Assembly: GCF_964188315.1 (NCBI RefSeq) | Contig: NC_135658.1 | Location: 3,472,001 to 3,536,000 of the forward strand | DNA length: 64,000 bases | Source of the DNA: Podarcis muralis | Taxonomy: Eukaryota | Direction: 5' to 3' | Part shown: piece after piece, positions 7,900-24,560 of the stretch | How positions within the stretch are numbered: the stretch's first letter is position 1 | Layout of the letters: every line of letters begins with the position of its first letter | Notes under the pieces: generated by a model | Database searches by the model: none | Told to the model about the DNA's origin: nothing | Seen by the model: the letters and a program-made list of their open reading frames with translations, nothing else | Made by a program: the position numbers and the translations under genes

Positions 7900-10800
7900 C
7901 GTTTTATTTTGGTTTGGGGTTGGATATTGAGTGGGGTAGGGATTGGTTTTGTTTTGGTGTAATTGGTTTTGTTTTGTTTTTCTATTTTCTAAACAGAGGC
8001 TAGTATGAGGCTTGGGATTGCTACTGTGGAGGGGCGAGGGGGGTATGGCGGTGGGGGCAGATGTCATAGGCGAAGGGGATCGAGATACAGATATGCTCGT
8101 ACCCCTTCCAATCTGCGCCCCATCCCGAGGGATGCGGGTAGGGTGAGCAAGGATTACTCACCTCCGTCACTGGTGCTGTGCAATGCCAGGTCTATAGGCA
8201 ACAAAACCGCCACCCTGCGAGATTTCTTCACCTCGCAGGGGGTCGACCTGGCTTGTGTGACGGAGACCTGGGTGCGCGAAGGGGAAATGTTACCTTACGA
8301 GAGATGGCACCCCCGGGTTTCTCCGTCCTCCACCAGTCGCGGACTGTGGACTGAGGGGGAGGGGTGGCATTATTAATCCAGGAAGATTGTTCTTTCAGGG
8401 CTCTACCATCGCCATCGATTCCCGGCATTGAATGTGTTGGCCTAGTGTGGGGCTCTGAGGTGAGCTTGGCTGTCTGGCTGGTGTACTGGCCACCTAGCGC
8501 ACCAGCAGCAACCCTGTCAGGCCTGCTGGAGGCGGTGGCCGGCTGGGCCTTGGAGTTCCCTAATCTATTGGTGTTGGGGGACTTCAACATCCATGCTGAT
8601 GCCACTCCCTCCTCACAGGCTCTGGACCTGGTGTCTTCCATGGCGACACTAGGGCTCTCCCAGTTTGTTTCGGGCCCCACACATCAAGCAGGCCACACGC
8701 TGGATTTGATCTTTGGCGTCGGTATAGATGTGATCATGTCTCCTTCGATGAAGGTGCCATGGTCTGATCACTACGCTGTGAAAGCCAGGATTGATTTTCC
8801 ACCCCCACCCTGCTTAGGTGGCCAGCCAATTTGGGCTCACCCGCAGAGGCTGAAGGACCCTGATAGATTCCGTCAAGCCTTGCGGGACCTTGCTCTCCCT
8901 GGCGACTCACTGACTGACCTTGTCGAGGGCTGGAATACCCAGCTCCTGGCAGCCATCGATGAGATCGCACCTAAGCGCCCTCTGCGACCCCGCAGAAACC
9001 AGGCTCCCTGGTTTACCGAGGAGCTCCGGAAAATGAAGCGGGACCTCAGACGGATAGAGCGAGTATGGCGGGGTGCCCGTGACAGAGCCTCAAGAACATC
9101 TTATAGGGTTTTTATGAAAACCTATGAGATGGCAGTGAAGGCCACTAAGAAGTCTTACTTCTCGGCCTCCATTGCATCCGCTAGCTCTCGCCCGGCGCAA
9201 TTATTTAGTATTATTAGGTCTTTAACGTCCCTTGAAGGACAGCCAAATTTAAATAACAATCTGACACACAGCTGTGAGGCATCTGCGAGCTTTTTTGCGG
9301 AGAAGTTCCTGTTGCTCCGCCATGACCTCCCTGCCAATTTGGATACAATAAAGGAACTGGAGGCCCCTCGACTGTCCTCTAGTTCAGTATTGGACCTCTT
9401 CGACCGGATATCCCCAGCCGATGTGGACAGACTCCTCCGAGCTGGAAAGCCCACCACCTGTCCTCTCGACCCGTGCCCGTCTTGGCTGATTAGAGTGTGC
9501 CCAGACGAGGTGCGGGCCCCCCTGGGGGATATCATCAATTTGTCCCTTGGCACAGGGATATTCCCAGGGGAACTGAAGGAGGCAGTGGTGCGCCTGCTCT
9601 TAAAGAAAACATCATTAGATCCTTTAGATCTATCCAATTACCGTCCGGTTTCAAATCTTCCGTTCCTGGGTAAGGTGATTGAGAGAGCGGTTGCTGAACA
9701 GCTTGGCAGGTTTCTGGATGAAACATCGGCTCTGGATCCATTCCAGTCCGGCTTCCGCGCTGGTCATGGGACCGAGACGGCTCTGGTCACCTTAACAGAT
9801 GATCTCCGCAGGCAGCTGGATCAAGGCGGGTCGGGGCTACTGATTCTTCTAGACCTGTTAGCAGCCTTTAACATGGTCGATCACGAACTCCTGGACCACC
9901 GCCTTGCCGACGTGGGGATCCAGGGAACAGTCCTTCAATGGCTGCGCTCGTTTCTCTCTGGTCGAGAACAGAGGGTGGCGCTTGGGGGGAATTATCATCG
10001 CGCCACTCCTTGGTGTGTGGAGTGCCTCAGGGTGCGATACTCACCCCGATGCTTTTTAACATCTTTATGCGCCCCCTCGCCCAGCTTGTCCGGAGTTTTG
10101 GGCTGGGTTGCCATCAGTATGCCGATGACACCCAACTCTATCTGTTGATGGATGGCCATCCTGACTCGGCCCCAGACACACTGACCAGATGTCTGCAAGC
10201 TGTGGCTGGATGGTTACGTGGGAGCCGCTTGAACTTAAATCCTTCGAAGGCAGAGGTCCTCTGGCTGGGACAGGACGATATGGGATTGAGGGGGCAACTC
10301 CCATCTCTTGCGGGGGTGCAATTAGTGCCAGCACTGTCCGTTAAGAGTTTGGGTGTAATCTTCGATACCTCCCTCTCTATGGAGGCGCAGATTACAGCTA
10401 TAACAAAGGCGGCATTTTTCCATCTCCGCCAAGCTAAGCAGTTGGCCCCTTATCTCTCTCGCCCTGACCTAGCCACTGTGATCCATGCGACGGTCCCCTC
10501 CAGACTGGATTATTGTAACTTGCTCTACGTGGGGATGCCCTTGAGACTGACCCAGAAACTCCAGTGGGTGCAGAATGCAGCGGTGAGACTCCTTATGGGG
10601 TCCTCGCTGCGAGATCACATTCATCCGGTACTATACCAGCTGCACTGGCTTCCAGTGGAGTACAGGATCAGGTTTAAGGTGCTGGTTTTAACCTTTAAAG
10701 CCCTATACGGCCTAGGACCCTCGTACCTACGGGACCGCCTCTCCTGATATGTCCCACAGAGGAACCTACGGTCTGCAAATAAAAACGTCCTGAAGGTCCC

Positions 10801-11170
10801 AGGCCACAGAGAGGTTAGGCTGGCCTCAACTAGAGCCAGGCTTTCTCGGCTGCGGCTCCAATCTGATGGAACGCTCTGTCACAAGAGACTAGGGTCCTGC
10901 GGGACTTGACATCTTTCTACAGGGCCTGCAAGACAGAGTTGTTCCACCAGGCCTTTGGTCAGGGCGCAGCCTGACTCCCTCCTCTGGCAATCTGCACAGC
11001 ATTTTGCTTAACGGTTGCCATCAATTTGATTTTAATTAATTTTTATTATGAAATGTTTTTAGAATATTGGATTATTTGATTGTTGTTAGTTGCCCTGAGC
11101 CCGGCTTTGGCTGGGGAGGGCGGGATATAAATAAAAATTATTATTACTATTATTATTGTTGTTGTTTTGT
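7900..11170 (+). mobile_element. L2-clade LINE, frameshifted ORF2 (APE endonuclease plus RT) and 3' tail
   Basis: CNARSIGNK and VTETW endonuclease motifs; YRPVSNLPFLGK, QSGFR and QYADDTQLY RT motifs split over ORFs 8005-8376, 8364-10148 and 9938-10747; (TTA)n tail; boundaries approximate. Confidence 0.9.
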
Positions 11171-11644
11171 AGTTGTTGTTGTAATGCTTTATTTTGATAT
11201 CTTTAAGAGAATATTTGTTTTCAGTTATGTTGCTTTGACTATAGACTATATATTTGACTTTCTTCAGGTGGTTTTATTTCTCTTTTATTGATTTTGTGGG
11301 ATGTGAAACTGCAGTCAAGTAGAAGATTCCTACAGCGGACACATTAGGGGATGTTTTCTACCACTCAGGAGAAGACTTCCTGTTTCCGCCTGAGCTGGGA
11401 CAGACTTCCACTACATGTGACTTGAAGAGGGTGCAGTCTGTTGTACTAGCATGGAGGAGCACACGGCCTCCATCTTCTGATCAGTGTGTCTTCTCCATTT
11501 TGTATGTTGCTGTGTGTTTGGAGAATTGACTCCTTAGTGGCAGTCATTTGGGACTAAGTTCTTTATGGAATAGTTCTAGTTGTTATGTAACAACCTGAAT
11601 GAATCTGCGAGTAAACTACTTTTATATTATCGTGAATCAGATTA

Positions 11645-12052
11645 TTAATATAATAATAATAATATTTTTATTATTTATACCCCGCCCTCCCCAGCCAAGG
11701 CCGGGCTCAGAGCGGCTTACAAGCAATAATAAAAACAAGTTGAATGATTACAACTTAAAAACAAAATTAAAATACAACATTAAAATATTGAAACATTAAA
11801 ATATTAAAATGTAGCCTCAACGCAGGAGGAGAAGGAAAGGAAAAAAGAAAGAGAGGGAGGGAATCAAATTGGCTCCAAGCCAAAGGCCAGGCGGAACAAC
11901 TCTGTCTTACAGGCCCTGCGGAAAGAAATCAGATCCTGCAGGGCCCTGGTCTCATGAGACAGAGCGTTCCACCAGGCCGGAGCCATCACTGAAAAGGCCC
12001 TGGCTCTGGTTGAAGCCAATCTTAACTTCCTTAGGGCCCGGGACCACTAGGG
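11645..12052 (-). mobile_element. L2 3'-end fragment
   Basis: Reverse-complement similarity to the 3' end of the L2 at 10750-11150; (TAA)n tail. Confidence 0.75.
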
Positions 12053-12577
12053 TGTTGCTTATTCACATTATTGTGCTTATTAATTTAAGAGGGATTGGAA
12101 GGGATCTTACCAGGAAGGAATTTTTAATAGCAGGACTCAGATGAGTCAGCAACAAGCTGACCGCTGCGTAATCTAAAAAAGGGGGATGTATGGAACTAGA
12201 ATATGGAACTTGCTAGTGCATGTTAGGAAGGATATCATTCAATAATATATCCTCTTTTAACTCCCCAATTATTCCCACAGATTTAATATGCTGTAAACCG
12301 CTTTGAGATTTCTCTTTAAAATGTAAAGTGTTATAGAAATTTAAATAAATAAAATAGCTCATGGTTTGGGCTGTGGTGCAGTCCAGCCCTGGTTCCCTCC
12401 AAGACTCATCCATGCTTGCTCAGGGAACCTTTTTCTTCTCCTGATATTAGACAACTTTTGTAACTGAACAATGTATTTGCTTTGCAGGATTTCCAGGACT
12501 TCTCCTTAAGACAGACAGAACTTGGCAGAAGACCAAAGGTTTCCTTCCGATCTCTCAGAGGCTTCCTGGGAGCACAG

Positions 12578-16163
<3,586 letters not shown>

Positions 16164-16719
16164 CATCTTATGCCCTTTAAAAATGTGGTGGGGAGGTGGG
16201 GGTTACAGGTTTTGGGGGCGGTGTTTTGTGTTTTCATTGTGTGATTTTATGTTGCAACCGTCCTGAGACCTGTGAGTGTAGGGAATGGGAGCCAACTCTT
16301 AGAGTCTGAGGGGTTTTTGCCCCGCAATAAGATATGTGAGGGGGCCACCCCCAGTTCATAGGAATAGCCATTCAAATGGCATGCTTGCACTGCATCCTGT
16401 GACTGTTTAACCGAGGCGGGGCTTACTAAACGCCTCCTATATTTTATTCAACATGGCACCCCTACTATAGGGTGCTATAGAAATGAAATAAATGCATAAA
16501 TAAAATAACACCATCTTGATTGCCTTCATTTGCACATGTTCCAGCTTGTCAATATCCTTATTATTATCATTTTATAATTCATGCACCCTTCATCTGAAGA
16601 TTTCATGTTGGTTCACAACATAAACAGACAGGTTGAAAGCATGGCTTTCTCAAAAACGAGTCAAACTAGAGAAATCTCTCTTTTTTCTTTTTCTTTTTTT
16701 GGATGGAGTTACAGACTGT

Positions 16720-17120
16720 TTCTCAGGGGACTGCTGTGGTAATCTTAATTTCAGTAAGGTTTTTGACAAAGTCCCCTGTGATATTTATGTGAGGAAGCTG
16801 GTAAAATGAGGCTGAATGAGGTAACTGTTAGGTGGATTTGACTGACCGAACCCAAATTTTCCTCCTCCATGGTTCCTCCTCATCCTGGGGAAAAGTGACA
16901 AGAGGGGTTCTGTCCTGGGCCCGTTGTTGTTCATCGTCTTTATAAATGTCTTGGATGAAGGAACTGAGGGGATACTCATCACATTTGCAGATGACACCAA
17001 ATGGGGAGCGGAGGCCAATGTGGCAGAAGGCAGAATCAGATCAAGGGCAGGAATAGTACCACTTTCTTTTTCCTTGGTCAGACCCCACCTAGAATATTGT
17101 GTTCAATTCTGGGCATCACA
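16720..17120 (+). mobile_element. Degenerate CR1 RT fragment (paralog about 41960-42190)
   Basis: FSKAFDKV-like and FADDTK-like remnants. Confidence 0.6.
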
Positions 17121-17683
17121 GTTTCAGTATCTTAAATTTTTTTTGCCTGGGGAAATTAAAAGGTGGGGGAGCACAATCTATATTCCTTTTATAACACGTG
17201 GCCAGTGTTTATTGAATATATAAATTGTTAAGACTGTTGCCGGAATCCACCCAGCACTCATGGGAAAATGTGGCGTGATCTTTTAGAGTAATCAAATGAA
17301 ACTTGTAACACATGGCAGGATGAAAGTCTGCAATTCCATCAGGAGAATTTATTTGTTGTTTACTGTTGTAACCATTGCTTTCTTTAAAATTATCTCCCCT
17401 ACCATGAAAATAAATAAAAGCATTTTTTTTTAAAAGGAAGTGGGGAAATCATATGTACTATTGCATTAATCTGCTTGCATGTGTTGAGTGTTATTTGGAG
17501 TCTGTAACTCGCAGTTATTTCACATTATCTATGTGTTTCTGTGTGTTCAGCACACATGATTGCAGGTGAGATTGAATAAAAGACTTCCTAGGAAATTCCC
17601 TTTGACTGCTTCTGTATTGTTTCAAATGTGTCTTCACTTACAGATAAGAACAAATCATATTCATTGCTGACAAATCATACCAT

Positions 17684-17955
17684 TAGAATCATAGAATCAT
17701 AGAATCATAGAGTTGGAAGAGACCACAAGGGCCATCGAGTCCAACCCCCTGCCAAGCAGGAAACACCATCAGAGCACTCCTGACATATGGTTGTCAAGCC
17801 TCTGCTTAAAGACCTCCAAAGAAGGAGACTCCACCACACTCCTTGGCAGCAAATTCCACTGTCGAACAGCTCTTACTGTCAGGAAGTTCTTCCTAATGTT
17901 TAGGTGGAATCTTCTTTCTTGTAGTTTGGATCCATTGCTCCGTGTCCGCTTCTCT
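17684..17955 (-). mobile_element. CR1 LINE 3' end
   Basis: (ATTCTATG)n-type tail and [22 protein letters not shown]-terminal peptide on the minus strand. Confidence 0.85.
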
Positions 17956-18689
17956 GTCAGCTCATTAATCTCCAACCCAACAAACCCAGCGCTTAGAATG
18001 AGCAGCTGCTTTCTTCCCATTTCTTAGGTGAAAAGAACTGATAATGACAATGAAGAAGGGAGATAGACCCTTTCCCTCAACCTTTGGGGATCTGGGGGGC
18101 TTCATTTCACCCCTTAGTCCTGCTCTTGAAAGCTTGGCAGATGTGGAGTATTTGCTCACACTCTGCCATGACTTAAAAATCAACCTTTTTATTTTTTAAA
18201 GAAATGGTATTGCAGTGCTAAAAAGTCTCAAGAAAGCAATTCCTGTAGTAGCTGGCATCTTAGCGAGCCCAGTGCCACTCTGCCAACTGTCTCACTCCCA
18301 GCTAACTAATCTGGAAAGCTGTCCTGTCATCTCTGTCTGTAAAGACTTCTGTGTCCCTTGAATTCACAATTAAGCATTTCTGGAAGAGGAAATGATATGC
18401 TTTTGTTTAGAAAGCACTAATACTGGGCCACTGACTGTGCAACCCTCCAGCCCTGCCCTGTAGGAACCTCCAACTTTAAAGATTGATCTTTTGGTGTGGC
18501 AGCAAGTGTACTTTGGAACTCCCTGCCACTTGACATCAGGCTCAAGAGGCTTCACGGTCCACTTTGCAGCATTCAACTTTGTTACCGTTGCTGAGTTTGT
18601 GATAGCTAAATATTGAGGAGAAAGAAGCCAATCTCCTATGTATATCTGAATAAATTGAGAAAGTCTGGTTTTCAGTAACTACGATTAAG

Positions 18690-19260
18690 CTAAGTTAAAA
18701 TGCTCATATTCACCCCAACTTTCTAAGCACCTGCACAGGCATGTTTTTAGGAGGTTCCCCCAAAAGGTGGGAGGGAGGCGCCTGCTTGATCTCAAGAGGC
18801 AGGGAGTTCCAAAGGCTCTGTGCTGCCATACTAAACAACTGAGGTCTTGCGTGGCACCTGTAGTTGAAGCGGTCGAGTGTCTGCCTGTGGGGTAAGGAGG
18901 GGATCTCATGGGTAAACTCTTCCCTATGATAATGGAAAGGCCTTGATCTGGTCCTGGTAGCCAATGGGCAACCAGTGATGCCCTCTGAGCCAAAGGGTCA
19001 TATGCCGAGAAGGCCTCGCTTTGCCAGCAATCGTGCTGCAGCATTCTGCACCGGCTGAAGCTTCTGGGCCAAGCACAAGGGATGCCCCACAAGGAGGGCA
19101 CTGTGGTCATCCAGCCTTGAAGAAGCGAAGGCGTGAGGCCAGGCTCTCCCGGTCCTGGAATGTGGAACCATCTGCAGTTGCTCAAAGGCACTTCCAGCCC
19201 CTGAGTCTGCCTGAGTCTCGGCTGGATCCGGAAGCAGCTCAAAGTCCCACGAGGTTCATC
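18690..19260 (-). mobile_element. Degenerate L2 fragments (paralog about 43310-43590)
   Basis: LQLVQNAAARLL-like and LAHLHWLP-like remnants. Confidence 0.6.
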
Positions 19261-20187
19261 ATCATCATTTTTAATTTGTATACCGTCTTTCTACCTTACA
19301 ATACTCAAGGCGGTTTACAAGCTGAAGAAACAAAAAATGTACATCTTATAACAGCCTAATGCAATACAAAAATGTGATAATAAAACTTTAAAATAAGCAA
19401 CCTACATCAAAAAGTAACATTCAACAATTATTAGAATAGTATAAAATAATAATATCAACATATAAAAGTTTAAACAGAAGTCCACTCAATAGTTACAATA
19501 AATAATTTCTAAACTGTAATCAGTAAAACAATGGCAAGGCACACTACATAAAATAATACAGTACAAATGGAGAAGCAGAGACTAGAGGGTGGTTCATATG
19601 GAGAGAATCATTGGCTTACCTTATTTACATAATATTAGGTTGGCCAAATCCTTAGGACCTTCAGGGAACCCAAATTTCAGATTGCACTGCAGAGAGGGAG
19701 TTCTGTGTGTCTTCATTTGTTGCAAATAATAATAACAAGAAGGAGAAGGAGAAGAAGATTTTTATTTATACTCCACCCCCCCCCCCAGCCAAGAACGGGC
19801 TCAGGGTGGCTAACACCAAATATAAAATGTTGTGACGTGGGGTTTGTGATTTCCGCTCTCTTAACATAATATGCTGGAGACAGTTCTCTAGTAACACTTC
19901 TTTATTAAAGCAACAAGACTAAAGACTGGGGAGAGGAAAGCTACATTTATAGGGACAGGGAACTAGCAAGAAAGGATATATTTTGGAGGGAACAATATCA
20001 GGCAATCACAGTCCTGCCTTTTGGAGGAAACCAATAAGACAGAGGATCCAAATACAGCAGCTTAAATGAACCAATAGTAGCTGTACCCTCTGGAACCAAA
20101 AGGCAGTTACTTTACCCTAATGCAAATACAGACAATAATAATACAGATATAAAATCCTTTGACTCAATACACAACACCCCTCCCCCC

Positions 20188-22542
20188 CTAGTGAGCACAG
20201 CAGACGTAATCTCTCAGGTACTGTGGGGTCCTACAACTTCTACTTGATCTCCTGACAACAGGTGTTGCAGGTTCTGGATTGGGTGTTACCTGTGGTAGAG
20301 GGGCTGCTCTAGGGGTTTCGTCAGGAACAGATGGAGTCCCAGACATCTCAGGGTCCCCTACCTGTACCTCGTCATCATAAGGACTAGCAGACCCTGGTTC
20401 ATTTTCTGAAGCCCCTGGTGACTGCACCTCTGGGCTATTTTCACTCTGGTCTTGCAGCTCTGCGTCGTTAGCCAGGGATGGATTATCTGACTCCTCCCTG
20501 CTGAGCGCCCGGCGCCTCAGCTGATCTATATGTCTCTTCCAAACTTGCCCATTTTCCAAGGTTACATAATAGGACACAGGTCCACTAGCCCGGGTGACCA
20601 CACCAGCCACCCACCGCGAACCTCGTGAATAGTTCCTCACCCAGACCAGATCTTCAGGGGCGAGATACCTTGTTGTGTCAGTCTCAGCCTGGGGGGTTGC
20701 TCTTGAATTATGGTTTGGCATTTTATCCGGGTGGACATAATCCAGCACCGTTACCAGTCTTCTACCCAAGAGCAGCTCAGCTGGCGACTTGCCCGTCGCA
20801 GTACACGGCGTCGCATGCTGCAAAAATAACATTCGCGCGATGCGAACTGACCAGTTACCCTCCATTAAGCGCGCAATGGATTCTTTGGCTGTTCTTACCA
20901 TACGCTCAGCCTGCCCATTGGAGGATGGGTGAAAGGGCACGGATGTGACCCCTCTTATGAAGTTATCAGCCAAGAATGCCCTGAATTCTTGGGATACAAA
21001 AGCTGCCCCATTATCTGATACAATGGTCTCAGGTAACCTGTGGGTTGCAAACAGCTGCCTCAACACCTTGATTACGGCAGCTGATGCCATGCTAGGGACC
21101 ATCACCACTTCTAACCATTTGGAATATGCATCGACGATAACCAAAAAGACCTTCCCCTGGAATGGCCCAGCAAAATCTAAGTGCAGCCGGCTCCAGGGAG
21201 ATCTGGACTGCTCCCACCAGTGGACTGGTGCTCTGGCCACTTCTGGCCACACCTCTTGGCATGCCTTGCATGTTCGTACCCATTGTTCTATGTTCTGGTC
21301 CATTCCAGGCCACCACACATAACATCGGGCTAGCGACTTCATCCTGACCATTCCCGGGTGTCCCATGTGAAGCGTCTCAAGAACCCTGTTTCTCAGTGGT
21401 GCTGGGATGATCACCCTATCTCCCCACAGGAGACAACCCTTATGCATGGACAACTCGTGCTGCCTTGTCGCATAAGGCCTGAATTTGTCTTCATGCGGAC
21501 CACCTGGCCACCCCCTCCCCACCCAAGTGAGCACACGGGAGAGAACAGCATCTTTCCTCGTTTTCTCAGCTATATCAGTAGCCATTACAGGAGCCCCCGG
21601 AAGTGTTTCCAGCATCATTATGTGCTCTGCTGGAGCAGGATCCTCATTGCTCCCGCCAGGAAGGGGCAATCGACTCAGCGCATCAGCGTGGCACAACCGT
21701 TTCCCCGGCACATGGGTCAAAGTGTACTGGAACCCGTTCAGGAATATAGACCAACGTAACATTCTGGGGGAGAGAATTTGTGGCGTTTGTTTGTTCGGGT
21801 TGAACAACCATAACAGTGGTTTGTGGTCCGTTTCAATGGAGAAATGGCGACCGTACACATAATCATGGAACTTTTTGATTCCTGCCACAATTGCAAGCGC
21901 CTCTTTGTCAATTTGAGCATAGTTGCGCTCCGTGGGCGACAACGTACGGGAATAGAAAGAGATGGGCTTTTCCGACCCATCCGGTTCCCTATGACTCAGC
22001 ACCGCCCCCAGGCCGTATTGAGAGGCATCACATGCCAGGACCAGCGGCTTTGACTCATCATAATGAGCAAGGACGCTCATGCTACTCAGCATTCCTCGCA
22101 AGGAGTCAAAAGCCTTCTGCTGCCCCTGCCCCCATCGCCACACATTCTTTTTCTGCAACAGTCTATGTAATGGTTCAGCTACCGAAGCTTTCTGGGGTAA
22201 GAACGAATGATAAAAGTTAATAAGTCCCAGGAATGACTGCAACTCCGTCTTGTTCTGTGGTCGTGGCGCCTCGATGATGGCCTTAATCTTAGCATCTGTA
22301 GGGTGGATGCCTGATGCATCAATTTTAAACCCCAAGAAATCCACAGTTGGCACCCCAAAACTGCATTTTTCCTTTTTCAGTTGCAACCCCACCTCCTTGA
22401 ACTTGAGCAACACTGCACGGACACACGCAACCAGTTCCTGTGGGTCTTTTCCAGCAATCAAAACGTCATCAAAAAATGGCAAGACCCCCAGCAGACCTCT
22501 TAACAGGCGTTCCATGAGCCCTTGAAAAGGTCTCAGGCCCAC
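20188..22542 (-). pseudogene. Gypsy pol remnant (RT C-terminal half, RNase H, integrase)
   Basis: FFDDVLI, LACDASQYG, NYAQIDKEAL, TDHKPL, LHLDFAGP, VSDNG, AERMV; protease and RT N-terminus absent. Confidence 0.9.
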
Positions 22543-22790
22543 AGTAGCTCAGGAATGTGGCCCTTCTTTTGCTGGCATCGGTGATCCCTTGAACCACTGC
22601 GAAGAACTCGAAGCGTTCGACGTAGTCTTCCCACGTGTGGGGCTCTGATGGCTGGAAGGGCTCCAATACCCTTGGACTCTCCATGGTCCTGTGGGCAGGG
22701 TCGTCTTCTCAGCTGGCCAGTGAGTCTTGTTCTTAGCTGCAATCCGGACTCTGAGGCAGGGCTGCGTTTAACCGCTCCTCAGCATTCCGG

Positions 22791-22808
22791 ATCCCATCCT
22801 CGTCGCCA
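22791..22808 (-). promoter_or_regulatory. Primer-binding site, tRNA-Ser(GCU)
   Basis: Minus strand TGGCGACGAGGATGGGAT, adjacent to the 5' LTR; matches the recalled vertebrate tRNA-Ser(GCU) 3' end. Confidence 0.8.
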
Positions 22809-23099
22809 GTTGTTGTGACGTGGGGTTGTGATTTCAGCTCTCTTGACATAATATGCTGGAGACAGTTCTCTAGTAACACTTCTTTATTAAAGCAAACAAG
22901 ACTGAGGTCTGAGGAGGGGAAAGCTACATTTATAGGGACAGGGGACTAGCTAGAAAGGATACATTTTGGAGGGAACAATATCAGGCAATCACAGTCCTGC
23001 CTTTTGGAGAAAACCAATAAGACAGAGGATCCAAATACAGCAGCTTAAATGAACCAATAGTAGCTGTACGCTCTGGAACCAAAAGGCAGTTACTTTACC

Positions 23100-23445
23100 T
23101 TGTTAAGGGGTGATATGATAGCCATGTTCAAATATATAAAAGGATGTCACATAGGGGAGGGAGAAAGGTTGTTTTCTGCTGCTCCAGAGAAGCGGACACG
23201 GAGCAATGGATCCAAACTACAAGAAAGAAGATTCCACCTAAACATGAGGAAGAACTTCCTGACAGTAAGAGCTGTTCGACAGTGGAATTTGCTGCCAAGG
23301 AGTGTGGTGGAGTCTCCTACTTTGGAGGTCTTTAAGCAGAGGCTTGACAACCATATGTCAGGATTGCTCTGATGGCATTTCCTGCTTGGCAGTGGCTTGG
23401 ACTCGATGGCCCTTGTGGTATCTTCCAACTCTTTGATTCTATGAA
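23100..23445 (+). mobile_element. CR1 3' fragment inserted in the Gypsy-1 5' LTR
   Basis: Absent from the sister LTR; LRGDMIAMFKYIKG...FLTVRAV peptide; GATTCTATG end. Confidence 0.9.
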
Positions 23446-23764
23446 ATGCAAATACAGACAATAATAATACAGATATAAAATCCTTTGACTCAATACACAA
23501 CATAAAATACATTTTAAAAAAAAACAAAAAAGCAATTGATTAAAATATAGCTTAAAATATAGCACCTTAAACCTGGCCCTGTACTCCACCAGGAGCCAGT
23601 GCAGCTGGTAAGATAAAAGATAAAATCCCACCAGATATCATGGGACTTGTACAGGGTCATCTGAGCCTTTGGCAGCAAGTAATTTATAAGTTATTTTTTC
23701 AGCTAATGCTGAAATCCACATATTTCTATACCAAAGTGAAATCTGGACATCATGTAAGGTTTTC

Positions 23765-23865
23765 AGTGTTGAGTAGAGGTTTGGGTCTTGGACTCTATGA
23801 CCTGGGGGACCAGGGTTCGAATCCCCACCCAGCCATGAAGCTCCCTGGGGTGACCTTGGGGGAAA
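23765..23865 (+). mobile_element. tRNA-derived SINE head (paralog about 44845-44945)
   Basis: B-box GGTTCGAATCC followed by CCAGCCATGAAGCTCCCTGGGGTGACCTTGG. Confidence 0.6.
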
Positions 23866-24429
23866 AAGGTGGAATATAAATGGAATAACTGAAATAAATA
23901 AGATTTTCTATTTTGGAGCAACGGAGGTTCTGGCAGCCGCTAGCCTCCTGGTTAAGAGTTCATGAGAGCTGACGAAATGGCAAAGTGGCAAACCTAGAGC
24001 CCTCTCTGTGGGCACGCGCACTGTAATCCCAGCAGGGCCTTAGCCTCCTTGCCCGAGCGAGAGGCTCGCCAGTCTGTTTTTCCTACTCGGGAGTAAGCTG
24101 CCTTGAGTTCAGCAGGGCTTGACTCCCAGGCCAGTAAGCATAAAGACGGCAACAATAGAAGGGGTTGCTGGGTTGACATGTTCGCTGGGCTTTCCCATGG
24201 AAGCCAACTGAAATATACTCAGAGTCGCAAAGTGATTTCATGCTCTTTATTCAGCTCATAGTGGTGAGGAGGAATGAATGAAAGTCCCCTCAAAGTATCT
24301 GCTTTATATACATTATTTACACAATGGGCTGCACATGATTGGTTAATTCTGGAATTCTACTGTAAGCCAATCAGGTTGTGGATTCACTTATATCTGGAGC
24401 ATGATTGGGTGGTTCCTGCCAACCCATCA

Positions 24430-24560
24430 TACTGCTGCATTGTTCTTCGACCAATCAGACTGCTGCATTCTGAATCCTATTGTTCTAGGACCAATCAGAC
24501 TGCTGCAATTTGGATCCTATTGTTCTAGGACCAATCAGACTGCTGCAGTTTGGATCCTAT
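24430..24560. repeat. 40-bp tandem CCAAT-box repeat within the Gypsy-2 LTR (also about 29015-29145)
   Basis: GACCAATCAGACTGCTGC cores with CCAATC at 24451, 24491 and 24531. Confidence 0.9.

Larger units (their letters stand above)
19828..23502 (-). mobile_element. Ty3/Gypsy element 1, internally deleted
   Basis: LTRs 19828-20176 and 22811-23502; 5-bp TSD TAAAA; empty site at about 44130 in the paralog; PPT at 20177-20188; tRNA-Ser PBS. Confidence 0.93.

Noticed and set aside
22791-22808. tRNA gene
   Set aside because: Only the 18-nt tRNA 3' end next to an LTR, so it is a PBS; likewise the B-box near 23815 belongs to a SINE.
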